From: Spirochaetaceae bacterium
GTDB lineage: Bacteria; Spirochaetota; Spirochaetia; DSM-27196; SLAA01
Assembly (NCBI GenBank): GCA_007695055.1
Contig: REEM01000100.1
Span: 12,270 to 76,269, forward strand
Length of the DNA stretch: 64,000 nt
Direction: 5' to 3'
In this document: positions 44,045-52,582 of the stretch, piece after piece
Position numbering within the stretch: position 1 is the first letter of the stretch
Layout: each line of letters begins with the position of its first letter
Made by a program: the position numbers and the translations under genes
The notes under the pieces: generated by a model
Databases searched by the model: none
Told to the model about the DNA's origin: nothing
What the model saw: only the letters and a program-made list of their open reading frames with translations

Positions 44045-44716
44045 TTAACGAGTCTCAGGCGAAAGCCTCTTGTACTCGGCTGCGGTATCAACATCAATGA
44101 GAACTGCCTCAGACGGTGCTGGAGTTTCCCTGCACCGGAACTCCGTGAGAAGATCCCGCATGGCAACTATCTCCGGCCCGGCACCAAACAGGGCTGGGAG
44201 TACCGTGGATCGAACTAGAACCGGATGCCCCCGACGCCCGTTCCAGACCGGAAAGACGGCATCGGCATCGGGGTGCGGTTGAACTGCTCGGTAAACATCT
44301 GCTGTAAGAAGCGGCATATCCACCGGCGCAATGTAGAACCATTCGCTGCTCACCTGTGCAGCACCGCACCGCAGCGAGGAGAGCATTCCGTTGCGATACT
44401 CAAGGTTCCGTACAACAGAGAGTTGCCGGGTGTGTGCTGTTTGACCCGGCTGCGCGGAAGTCTCTGTTCCCGATAGCGCTACGTCGTGTATCGGTAGCGC
44501 ATCCGGGAATGAAGCTCGTAGCACTGCATTGACCTGATCAGCCTCATGGCCAACCACCACAATGACGTGCACACATAGCTCAAAGGCGGCGCCTACCGCA
44601 CGCTCCACCAGAGTCGTGTCTCCCCATTTCAGCAGCGGTTTGGAGCTTCCCATCCGAGACGACAGCCCGGCAGCAGGGATCAGCGCGCTCTGCACATGCA
44701 TATCCTCATTACCCAC
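44045..44716 (-). CDS. mocA: MobA-like NTP transferase, molybdenum-cofactor cytidylyltransferase MocA/YgfJ-like
   Basis: ALIPAAGLSSRMGSSKPLL is the nucleotide-binding signature. The true start is probably near 44701. Confidence 0.7.
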   Translation of the reverse strand: MGNEDMHVQSALIPAAGLSSRMGSSKPLLKWGDTTLVERAVGAAFELCVHVIVVVGHEADQVNAVLRASFPDALPIHDVALSGTETSAQPGQTAHTRQLSVVRNLEYRNGMLSSLRCGAAQVSSEWFYIAPVDMPLLTADVYRAVQPHPDADAVFPVWNGRRGHPVLVRSTVLPALFGAGPEIVAMRDLLTEFRCRETPAPSEAVLIDVDTAAEYKRLSPETR

Positions 44717-44804
44717 TCAGTATACCCATAACTCGGTGTGCGGAGAACCGACCTCCTGAAGCAAATCATTGAACAAGCGGCCTTTTCCGGTACATATTCA
44801 ACAG

Positions 44805-45419
44805 ATGTCGAGCACCAAACTTCATCCTATCCGGATCATCGTCACCGGTGGCACTTTTGATAAAGACTACGACGAACTGAGCGGAACCCTGACCTTTCGA
44901 GACACCCATTTGCCCGAAATTCTTCGGGCAAGCCGAATTACGGTGCCGGTACAGCTTGAGATTGTTCGGCTCATTGACAGTTTGGAAATGCAAGATATGC
45001 ATCGGCAGGAAATTGTCGCGGCCTGCAAACACGCCCCCGAGTCTACCATTGTGGTAACTCACGGTACCGACACCATGACCGACACCGCACGTTTTTTGGG
45101 GAGTGCTGCTGCCAAGGATCCGGAACTCGGTACCAAAGCCATTGTTCTCACCGGCGCAATGCTTCCTTACACCGTGCTGCACTCCGATGCGGCATTTAAC
45201 CTGGGTTTTGCACTCGCCGCCGCACAGTTGGTGGATCCGGGTATACATCTCTGCATGAACGGCCGTGTCTTCGCATGGGACAACGCCCGCAAGAATACCA
45301 GCCTCGGCATATTTGAAGAAATCGCCCCGGACTCCGAAGCCGCTGAGACCACCGAAGCCTCCGAAGAATTCGGAGCCGCTGATACCACCGAAGCCTCCGA
45401 AAAGGACACCACCCAATGA
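44805..45419 (+). CDS. Asparaginase/glutaminase N-terminal-domain-only protein with acidic repeat tail
   Basis: IRIIVTGGTFDK (Thr nucleophile motif) and VVTHGTDTM are present. No C-terminal asparaginase domain follows; the protein ends in AAETTEASEEFGAADTTEASEKDTTQ. Confidence 0.65.
   Translation: MSSTKLHPIRIIVTGGTFDKDYDELSGTLTFRDTHLPEILRASRITVPVQLEIVRLIDSLEMQDMHRQEIVAACKHAPESTIVVTHGTDTMTDTARFLGSAAAKDPELGTKAIVLTGAMLPYTVLHSDAAFNLGFALAAAQLVDPGIHLCMNGRVFAWDNARKNTSLGIFEEIAPDSEAAETTEASEEFGAADTTEASEKDTTQ
45339..45401 (+). repeat. 36-bp-period direct repeat (27-bp core, 1 mismatch) at the 3' end of the asparaginase-like gene
   Basis: gccgctgaGaccaccgaagcctccgaa (45339..45365) and gccgctgaTaccaccgaagcctccgaa (45375..45401). 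Confidence 0.9.
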
Positions 45420-47851
45420 GAAAAAGCCCTACCTCGATCCGAACCGCCGTCTTGTTGACACTTTTGTTTGTGGCTGCTGGCGCCCATGCCTATGGGCCAA
45501 GCTGGGGCGGAACCGCAGTTCACGAGGGGCTTTTTGCGGCTCGCGTCAATCCGGCCGCACTCGGTATTGGTAACGCAACCGGCGTGGGTGTCTCGGTACC
45601 GTGGGAAGACTCGTTCCGAGACGGCAGCAGCGACTTCACCGAGCGATGGTCGTTGTTCCTTAACCTGCCAGCGCTCAGTTACACAACCGAGCGCTTTGGG
45701 ACATCTTACGGGCACGACCTATCTATGGGCTTTGGCCCCTCACGCAGATTCTTATTCGGCGGCTCATGGAGTTGGGAGAACGCTGAGTTTAGCGACGGTC
45801 GCGCTACAGTCGCCGCACTCTTCAGGCCAACTCGCACCCTGTCCTTGAGTGCTGTTCGGCGAGGCGTACTCAGAAGTGGTACCGACACCACCCTCGGACT
45901 GGGGTTACGACCATTCGCTATTCTCGGTCCCATAGGCACTCGTCTGACCTTTGGCCTTGACTGGAACTGGAACGATGATCACAGTGGAAAACTGGCTCTC
46001 AGTTCCATGGAGCTTGAGCCCTCGGCCGGTGTGCGACTGTCGCTTGGTTACGACCACCTCGGTGAACGCCTGACTGCGGGTTTACAGTTAAGTCTGTCAC
46101 AACTTGAAATTGGAACTCAGGACAGTATTCGCGCCGACTCAGATGTCGCCGCTGGCAGCGCCTATTTGTTTCTTCCGTACCGTCGCCGTCGTAGCATTAC
46201 CCGCGAGGTTGTCCCCTCGATAATTGTATACGAGCATGCCGACCGCGTTCGGACGATCCCAACCGTTCGCCCATGGGACCCTGGGCGCCCTTATACAGCA
46301 GTTATTGAGGACATTGAGGCCCTGAGAGTTGACAACACAGTTACGGCGGTGTTGTTTGTTAATCAGCGCTTCCAAACCTCGTTCGCCAATCAGATGGAGA
46401 TCTACGAAGCCTTGCTCCGGCTGCGTCAGTCCGGTAAGCGCATTTACTACTACTTCGACAACATTCCACACACCGCATACGCCCTGGCAGCGGCAACCGC
46501 CGACGCAATTTACCTCCACCCAACCGGCACCGTAGATGCCCGCGGTTTCCGCTACAGCTCGGTTTACCTGGGTGACTTCTTTGCACGCTATGGCGTTGAG
46601 ATCTATAACTTCCGTAGTCATCCACACAAGAGTGGCTGGGACATGCTGTCCGAGGCGGGCATGAGCGATGCCGAACGCGAGAACTGGGAATCATACCTCG
46701 GCGACCTCGACAGTCACTATCGCGAAATGGTACGGGCGGGAAGGGCGTCTACCCTCACCCAGGATCTGGACGCCATAATTGACCGCGGACCTTACCTGTC
46801 GGCCAACAGCGCGTTGGATGCCGGTTTGGTTGACTCTCTCATCTACCAGGCCGATGTTGAAGAACGGGTGACTGCACGCCACCGCTTTGCTCGTCTTCGC
46901 CCAATGGATCAAGTTCCGGAGATGCAGTACGACTGGGCCCCTCGACCCTTACGAACCGTCAAGTTGATTTACGCTGCGGGTGACATTGTTCCCGGTAGAG
47001 GCGTCCGTGGGGTCAACATCGGTGCTGACAGCCTTATTGAGGAGATCCGTTCGGCGCGTGAGAATCCCCTTGTTTCCGGCATAATTCTGCGCATAGACAG
47101 CGGAGGCGGTTCAGCACAGGCCTCAGACAGCATTGCCTACGAGATAGCTCGCACAGTTGAGGAGGGCCTACCGGTAGTGGTTTCTATGGGCGCCCTTGCC
47201 GCATCCGGTGGATACTACATTGCCGCACCGGCCTCACACATTGTGGCTGGCCCGTCAACGCTAACCGGGTCCATTGGAGTCATATCCATATTTCCGAATG
47301 TGGCTGGCCTCCTTGAGATGTTTGATGTCGGAGTCGACAGCGTACTAACAAGCCCGCGGGCCGGTCTCGGCAATCCGTTTGAGAGAATGTCGGATGAAGA
47401 AAGAATGCTGGTCGAAGGCAGCACGGCAGAGAGCTACCGACGGTTTGTGGAGATTGTTGCGGCCTCTCGCGGTCTTAGCGTGGAGCACGTAGAGAGCATA
47501 GCAGGGGGCCGCATCTGGAGTGGTTCAAGAGCTCTTGAGATTGGCCTGGTTGACGAGGTTGGCGGCTTGACAGATGCGGTTCGGGCCATGCGCCGGATTC
47601 TTGGTGTCTCAGATCTTGAACTCAGGGAGGTTATTCCCGGCCCCTTTTCACCAGCACTCGCAGAGTTTTTCGTTAGCGGAGAAGGCATGGGCCTTGGGTC
47701 ACTCATAGCCGGATCTATCCCCTTAGGAACCAGCATACCGGCTGAACTACGTCAGGTAGCACAAGAACACCAGCGACTGATGGAACTATCCCTCCTTGAA
47801 CCAGGACGTCCCTTGTATGTAATGCCGTACCGCGCGGATTGGTTTGAGTAA
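45416..47851 (+). CDS. sppA: Signal peptide peptidase SppA (S49, 67K two-domain type) with a ~280-aa N-terminal beta-rich extension
   Basis: Signal peptide MRKSPTSIRTAVLLTLLFVAAGAHA. Two S49 repeats are present, the second with LRIDSGGGSAQASD and GALAASGGYYIA (Ser nucleophile). The ATGA overlap links it to the upstream gene. Confidence 0.8.
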   Translation: MRKSPTSIRTAVLLTLLFVAAGAHAYGPSWGGTAVHEGLFAARVNPAALGIGNATGVGVSVPWEDSFRDGSSDFTERWSLFLNLPALSYTTERFGTSYGHDLSMGFGPSRRFLFGGSWSWENAEFSDGRATVAALFRPTRTLSLSAVRRGVLRSGTDTTLGLGLRPFAILGPIGTRLTFGLDWNWNDDHSGKLALSSMELEPSAGVRLSLGYDHLGERLTAGLQLSLSQLEIGTQDSIRADSDVAAGSAYLFLPYRRRRSITREVVPSIIVYEHADRVRTIPTVRPWDPGRPYTAVIEDIEALRVDNTVTAVLFVNQRFQTSFANQMEIYEALLRLRQSGKRIYYYFDNIPHTAYALAAATADAIYLHPTGTVDARGFRYSSVYLGDFFARYGVEIYNFRSHPHKSGWDMLSEAGMSDAERENWESYLGDLDSHYREMVRAGRASTLTQDLDAIIDRGPYLSANSALDAGLVDSLIYQADVEERVTARHRFARLRPMDQVPEMQYDWAPRPLRTVKLIYAAGDIVPGRGVRGVNIGADSLIEEIRSARENPLVSGIILRIDSGGGSAQASDSIAYEIARTVEEGLPVVVSMGALAASGGYYIAAPASHIVAGPSTLTGSIGVISIFPNVAGLLEMFDVGVDSVLTSPRAGLGNPFERMSDEERMLVEGSTAESYRRFVEIVAASRGLSVEHVESIAGGRIWSGSRALEIGLVDEVGGLTDAVRAMRRILGVSDLELREVIPGPFSPALAEFFVSGEGMGLGSLIAGSIPLGTSIPAELRQVAQEHQRLMELSLLEPGRPLYVMPYRADWFE

Positions 47852-47937
47852 GGAAAATCATGACGGGGCGCCTGCCCCACATGACTTTCCAAATGTTGCC
47901 GTATTCGGTATTCTGCCGTACAGAGAGGATATGAGAC

Positions 47938-48870
47938 ATGATACTTAGTTGTGGAGAGTCGCTCATTGATTTTGTTCCGGAGACAGACGTCACAGGCAGA
48001 AAGCTCTACAGCCCCTGCCCCGGTGGCTCACCCTTTAACACCGCAATAGCCGCAGCGCGGCTTGGAGTGCCAACCGCCTTCTTTAGCAAAATCTCTACAG
48101 ATTTTTTTGGCGATATCCTCTTTGAACGTCTTAAACCCAATCGGGTGGGGACTGATTACGTCCTTCGTGGTCCGGAACCAACTACGCTGGCTTTTGTGCA
48201 ACGGGACGAGGCGGGAAACGCACGTTACGCATTCTACAGCGAGGGCAGTGCTGACCGAACAATAGCGGTAGCCGAGCTTCCCCACAACCTGCCTAGAGAA
48301 ATTTCCTGCATCCAGGTTGGCTCGGTTGCACTCATTCTAGAGCCTGTGGCTTCCAGCTTAGAACGCTTTGTGGAGCGTGAAAGTCACAAGCGAGTCATCG
48401 CCTTTGACCCAAATGTGCGCCCCACCGTGATGGAGAATGAATCGGCCTACCGGGCACGCATTCAGCGCATACTGAGACACACCGGTATCCTGAAGATCAG
48501 TGATGAAGACCTGGAGTGGCTTTTCCCAAAGCAGGAACCCAGAACAACGGCACGCCAACTTGCAGACGACGGGATCCCCTTTGTTGTTCTGACCCGTGGC
48601 AAAGATGGGGCAACCGCGTTCGGCCCCGGGTTTACCGTTGAACAGCCCAGTATGCCGGTACCCGGAGGGGTTGCCGACACAGTTGGTGCTGGCGACTCAT
48701 TTCACGGCGGTCTATTAGCCGCCATGCATCATGCAGATGTATTGAGTCCAGCCGGTATCCGCGGTATCAATGAATCTATGGCGCAGAAAGTTCTGGAGTT
48801 TGCGAGCCGAGTTGCGGCAATCACCTGCTCTCGCCCCGGAGCAGATCCACCCTGGGACAAGGAGATGTAG
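47938..48870 (+). CDS. PfkB-family carbohydrate kinase (fructokinase-like)
   Basis: MILSCGESLIDFV, GGSPFNTAIAAARLG and DTVGAGDSF. Confidence 0.8.
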   Translation: MILSCGESLIDFVPETDVTGRKLYSPCPGGSPFNTAIAAARLGVPTAFFSKISTDFFGDILFERLKPNRVGTDYVLRGPEPTTLAFVQRDEAGNARYAFYSEGSADRTIAVAELPHNLPREISCIQVGSVALILEPVASSLERFVERESHKRVIAFDPNVRPTVMENESAYRARIQRILRHTGILKISDEDLEWLFPKQEPRTTARQLADDGIPFVVLTRGKDGATAFGPGFTVEQPSMPVPGGVADTVGAGDSFHGGLLAAMHHADVLSPAGIRGINESMAQKVLEFASRVAAITCSRPGADPPWDKEM

Positions 48871-48880
48871 CATAGAGTCC

Positions 48881-48892
48881 GCCGCGCGCGGC
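48881..48892. terminator. 12-bp perfect GC palindrome between convergent fructokinase and deoC
   Basis: GCCGCGCGCGGC is self-complementary and is flanked by GAG/CTC. No U-tract is present. Confidence 0.35.
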
Positions 48893-48894
48893 TC

Positions 48895-48928
48895 TCAGGT
48901 GCAACCGGTAGTCAGGTGCAACCGGTGG
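48895..48928. repeat. 17-bp tandem duplication spanning the deoC stop codon
   Basis: tcaggtgcaaccggtag and tcaggtgcaaccggtgg share an exact 15-bp core. The second copy starts at the deoC stop (48912). Confidence 0.9.
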
Positions 48929-49589
48929 CTGCCATGTCCTGTACAATACTCACCGAGGCGCTCGCCCCAATGCGGCTGGCACCGGCATCGATAAGGGCCA
49001 TAGCATCTGTGCAAGAGCGAATGCCGCCCGAAGCCTTAACTCCCAAATGGGGGCCAACCACGCCACGCATGAGACGAATATCGTCAATAGAAGCGCCCCC
49101 TGAACCAAATCCGGTTGAGGTCTTCACAAATGCAGCACCGGCCTCGACACTTAATCTACATGCCTGACGCTTGAGTTCGTCAGTGAGATAACATGTCTCG
49201 AGTATTACCTTGACCAGAGCCGGATAGGATGCCTCGACAACCGCCGTGATATCGTCGCGCACTGTTTGGTGATTGCCAGAGAGCAGTGCATCGAGGCGGA
49301 TAACCATATCAATTTCACGCGCTCCGGCGGCAACCGCAGCTGCGGCCTCACGAGCCTTAATATCTTGTGTGTGTTGCCCTAAGGGGAATCCCACAACCGA
49401 ACATACCTCTACCGCACTGTCTTCCAGACATGCAAACGCCTGTGGAACCCAAATTGGGTTCACACATACGGTTCGAAAGCCAAACTCCACTGCCTCGCTA
49501 CAGAGTGCATCGATCTCGGTGCCAACTACGTTTGGCCGCAGTAGGGTGTGGTCAAAATACCCGGCAAGCTCTTTTGCAGAAATGTTCAT
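48912..49589 (-). CDS. deoC: Deoxyribose-phosphate aldolase
   Basis: FDHTLLRP, CVNP, KVILET and FVKTSTGF (Schiff-base Lys), then VKASGGIRS. Confidence 0.92.
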   Translation of the reverse strand: MNISAKELAGYFDHTLLRPNVVGTEIDALCSEAVEFGFRTVCVNPIWVPQAFACLEDSAVEVCSVVGFPLGQHTQDIKAREAAAAVAAGAREIDMVIRLDALLSGNHQTVRDDITAVVEASYPALVKVILETCYLTDELKRQACRLSVEAGAAFVKTSTGFGSGGASIDDIRLMRGVVGPHLGVKASGGIRSCTDAMALIDAGASRIGASASVSIVQDMAATGCT

Positions 49590-49599
49590 GATTCTCTCC

Positions 49600-51207
49600 T
49601 TAGTTTAACGGCACCATTGACCTTGAGTGCGAGAAGCTACTCTCAACACTGAGAATAATCTCAACCCAGGCTTCCGAACTGCGCAGCTGTACCGCAGGTG
49701 AAGCGGCAATCCGGGTGTGTTCCCATGGGCGGTATCCAAGTTCACCCCCAAAGCCCAGTGCAAAATCGCGGGATGCAGCGGCAGCAGCCAAGTCATCACG
49801 ATATGCTCCGACATCATCTCGAATTGCGGTAAGACTTGCCACTGGATTGATCCATCGTAAGAGAAGTTCCAGCCCAAAATCAAGCCCATCCAGGGAGGCT
49901 ACTCCAACTCTGCTTCTTAACCAGGTTACGCCAGGACCGTAGGGTGAGCTCAGCGGCATATACTCACTCTCACCAACCAGCTGGCGCCGGTATATTGCGC
50001 GACTGAGATACTCAGCGTCATCAAAACTTCCCCAGAGGTAATGCGTATCACCAATCTCCAGGACTCCATCCCAAATCGCCCCAGGCCTTTCACTCCGTGC
50101 ATGAACTCCTCCCAGCACGGCAAAAATACTGGGCGCCCCGGAGTCATCGGCACCGAACGCCTCTAGATCCAGAGCATCAATACCGGACTGCACGAATCCA
50201 ACAAGGCCCGGCCTTAACACTATCGACAAATCCCCAACTACACTCAGATTGCTCACCGGGGCCTCTGAGTACAGACCGGCGACGGGTGCAAAGAAGTCGG
50301 AAAGCAGAAACATATTGTCTCTTCGCGCAGTGATTGCCTGCACTCCCAACCCAGCCAGCACCCGATTATGTGAAAACTCAAGCCGCTGCAGGTTGTACAA
50401 AATTATGTTGCGCCCATAGTCATAGCCAATGGGTAGTTCTCCACGCTCTGGCTCACCGCGTGCGCGTCGATTCTCCAGAGTCGCTACCACCCAGTGGAAG
50501 CGCAGTGCGCCAAAGGGCAAACTGAGCCGAATTGCGTCTAGGAAAGGGATCTCGCCCGCTACGTGCAGCGATGAAAAGGGAGACGGGCCCACATAAAAGG
50601 GGGCGCGACCAATGACTATCTCGGAATCACCCAGTACATAATGCAGGTACGCAGCCGTCACCTCGGCATACTCACCGACAAAAGGAATGCCGTCTTGGTA
50701 GATCGGTAGATTCGTGTACGGTCTGTTATCGTCAAAGCTTGCAAACTCGCGCCCAATCTCGGCCTGCAGAAAGAGTGCTGAACGAGAATCGCGCCACGCC
50801 CCTATCTGAATGGTCGCAACCGGATTACCTTTTGCCGATAGGTCAGCGTAGTCGTCATATCTGAGACCATCGGGGAGATAAGCTTGTGCAACCAAGTTCG
50901 TTGTCAGTTTGTAGTGATACTCTTCCGGAGAGTACTCAAGGCGAAGAAGAAATGCCTCCACACGGTCACGCTCGGCAGCACTATGGGCCTGCCGCTGAAG
51001 GTGCCGCGCCGCGATATAGAGTTCTCTGCGTGATAATGGGTAGGTAGCGGTTGGAAAGGCAAGATTTGACCGAGAATAGAGTAGTTCAATACTCCTGACT
51101 AACGGATGGTCCGGTCCGTACAGCGCTTCTCCCATGGCCGACGGCGGATAGGCAACCAAGGAGAGGCAGAGCGCTGCGGCTAAGGCAAGCACTGGAGGTC
51201 TCATCAT
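49600..51207 (-). CDS. Secreted Wzi-like (capsule-assembly family) outer-membrane protein, tentative
   Basis: Signal peptide MMRPPVLALAAALCLSLVA. The N-terminal pattern HPLVRSIELLYSRSNL...ATYPLSRRELYIAARHL resembles the Wzi-family helical motif, and the remainder is beta-rich. Confidence 0.4.
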   Translation of the reverse strand: MMRPPVLALAAALCLSLVAYPPSAMGEALYGPDHPLVRSIELLYSRSNLAFPTATYPLSRRELYIAARHLQRQAHSAAERDRVEAFLLRLEYSPEEYHYKLTTNLVAQAYLPDGLRYDDYADLSAKGNPVATIQIGAWRDSRSALFLQAEIGREFASFDDNRPYTNLPIYQDGIPFVGEYAEVTAAYLHYVLGDSEIVIGRAPFYVGPSPFSSLHVAGEIPFLDAIRLSLPFGALRFHWVVATLENRRARGEPERGELPIGYDYGRNIILYNLQRLEFSHNRVLAGLGVQAITARRDNMFLLSDFFAPVAGLYSEAPVSNLSVVGDLSIVLRPGLVGFVQSGIDALDLEAFGADDSGAPSIFAVLGGVHARSERPGAIWDGVLEIGDTHYLWGSFDDAEYLSRAIYRRQLVGESEYMPLSSPYGPGVTWLRSRVGVASLDGLDFGLELLLRWINPVASLTAIRDDVGAYRDDLAAAAASRDFALGFGGELGYRPWEHTRIAASPAVQLRSSEAWVEIILSVESSFSHSRSMVPLN

Positions 51208-51320
51208 TTAGATCCATCCTTTGCAATCTGTCGACTCAAATCCGCTGCTTCGGATCCGTTGTTTCCGATGCGCCGGTGATCGCAGTATATTCCCACCAAG
51301 ATCATGAATCAAGGAGATCA

Positions 51321-51554
51321 ATGATGGCAGACAAGAACTCCAAGGTGTCAGGAAACGTGCCTGGACCTTTTTACGTCGACTCAAACTGCATTGGATGTGA
51401 GGCATGTGCTCAGACCGACCCGGATCACTACGTGATGGACGACTCCGGCACCTTTGCATACGTATTCAAGCAGCCGGAAAGCGACGCTGAGCGTGAAGCT
51501 GCGTTAGATGGACAGGGCGTATGTCCGGTTGACGCTATTGGGGATGACGGCTAA
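51321..51554 (+). CDS. Small single-cluster [4Fe-4S]/[3Fe-4S] ferredoxin
   Basis: CIGCEAC...CPVDAI. An AAGGAG RBS lies at 51311. The start is ATG 51321 or 51324. Confidence 0.8.
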   Translation: MMADKNSKVSGNVPGPFYVDSNCIGCEACAQTDPDHYVMDDSGTFAYVFKQPESDAEREAALDGQGVCPVDAIGDDG

Positions 51555-51573
51555 GAGACATCGGCCGATGGAT

Positions 51574-51604
51574 GGTGTGTAGCGCTGGATTAGGGCTGCA
51601 CACC
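51574..51604. terminator. Hairpin between convergent ferredoxin and PilZ genes
   Basis: GGTGTGTAGC-11 nt-GCTGCACACC forms a 10-bp stem with one G-U pair. No U-tract is present. Confidence 0.35.
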
Positions 51605-51619
51605 ACACCCACCACCCTC

Positions 51620-52504
51620 CTATGCCATGGCGCGCTCGAAGTTGCGCTGTATGGTTTCCTTGACGAATGCGTATATCTTTTCATCAACACTGTCACTGCG
51701 CGCTTCGTCAAACAGCAGAACAAAGGTCTTCTCCGACTCAGTTCGAATTCCTACGACTTTACCGGAAACAGTACAGATGCGTGAGTTGAGCTTAAATTGT
51801 ATATCACTCATCCTTTCGTCTTTGCGCAGCCGATCGTCAAGGCTCGGGATAACGCAAGCGGCGCCCGCACCACTAATATCCAGCACTCGGCCAGCATGAT
51901 TCTCTCCCGCATACTTCACGTTTACTGTGGCGTTTTTGTCGAAGCAGCGTGCTCGCACCTGGGTGCGGCGGCCACGGGCTTTTTGTCGGACGGTCTGGGT
52001 GGTTATTCGTGAAGCAATCTCTTTCTGGCCACCAGTCAACACGATGTACCCACAGGGTGCAGAAACCGCGCTCAGATAGCGCTTAATGGCGTCCTTACGG
52101 TTATCTTCCGAAAGAACTCCCAGTCGTATATCTTTCTCGCGAAACAGGTCATTCATTGACGAAAGAATCTTCAGCCAATCAAAGCCTTTGGGCCCCTTGT
52201 CCACATTTGCAAACAGCAATGAACCAGGATAGAGCGATACAAGCTTGCGCAAACCCCGTGACTCTTCGGTGCTGTAGGTCTTGTAGCCAAGTTTCACCAT
52301 GCTGTAGATGAGATCCTCCCGGATCCATGCTGGCGGATGCACAAAGAAGATTTTTCGTCCGGCGATCTCGGTGTTTCCATCGGCGCCGGTGCAGCCATCG
52401 GCGCCGGTGCGTGCTGCATCGCCAGCGCTTGCTGCATCGCCAGTGGCCGCCCCGGTGCCCGCAGATGGTCCGGTATGTTGTGGTGTTTGAGTTGGTGTAG
52501 CCAT
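51620..52504 (-). CDS. PilZ-domain c-di-GMP receptor with uncharacterised N-terminal domain
   Basis: C-terminal RRTQVR (RxxxR) and DISGAGA (DxSxxG). The N-terminus has a low-complexity stretch TGAATGDAASAGDAARTGADGCTGADGN. Confidence 0.75.
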   Translation of the reverse strand: MATPTQTPQHTGPSAGTGAATGDAASAGDAARTGADGCTGADGNTEIAGRKIFFVHPPAWIREDLIYSMVKLGYKTYSTEESRGLRKLVSLYPGSLLFANVDKGPKGFDWLKILSSMNDLFREKDIRLGVLSEDNRKDAIKRYLSAVSAPCGYIVLTGGQKEIASRITTQTVRQKARGRRTQVRARCFDKNATVNVKYAGENHAGRVLDISGAGAACVIPSLDDRLRKDERMSDIQFKLNSRICTVSGKVVGIRTESEKTFVLLFDEARSDSVDEKIYAFVKETIQRNFERAMA

Positions 52505-52582
52505 AGTATAGTACGAGTATAAAGAGCCAAGAAGGGGCCGGTCAATGAATAGAGCCTCTCACGATCCAGGGAGGAGAGCAGA

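Noticed and set aside
44766-45416. 216-aa minus-strand ORF exactly mirroring the 216-aa asparaginase-like ORF (offset 3 nt), rich in GGF/GGL
   Set aside because: Its codons are in perfect antiparallel register with the sense codons. In that register antisense stops arise only from sense TTA/CTA/TCA, which a GC-rich gene avoids. The product is low-complexity, and the sense strand has clear asparaginase motifs.
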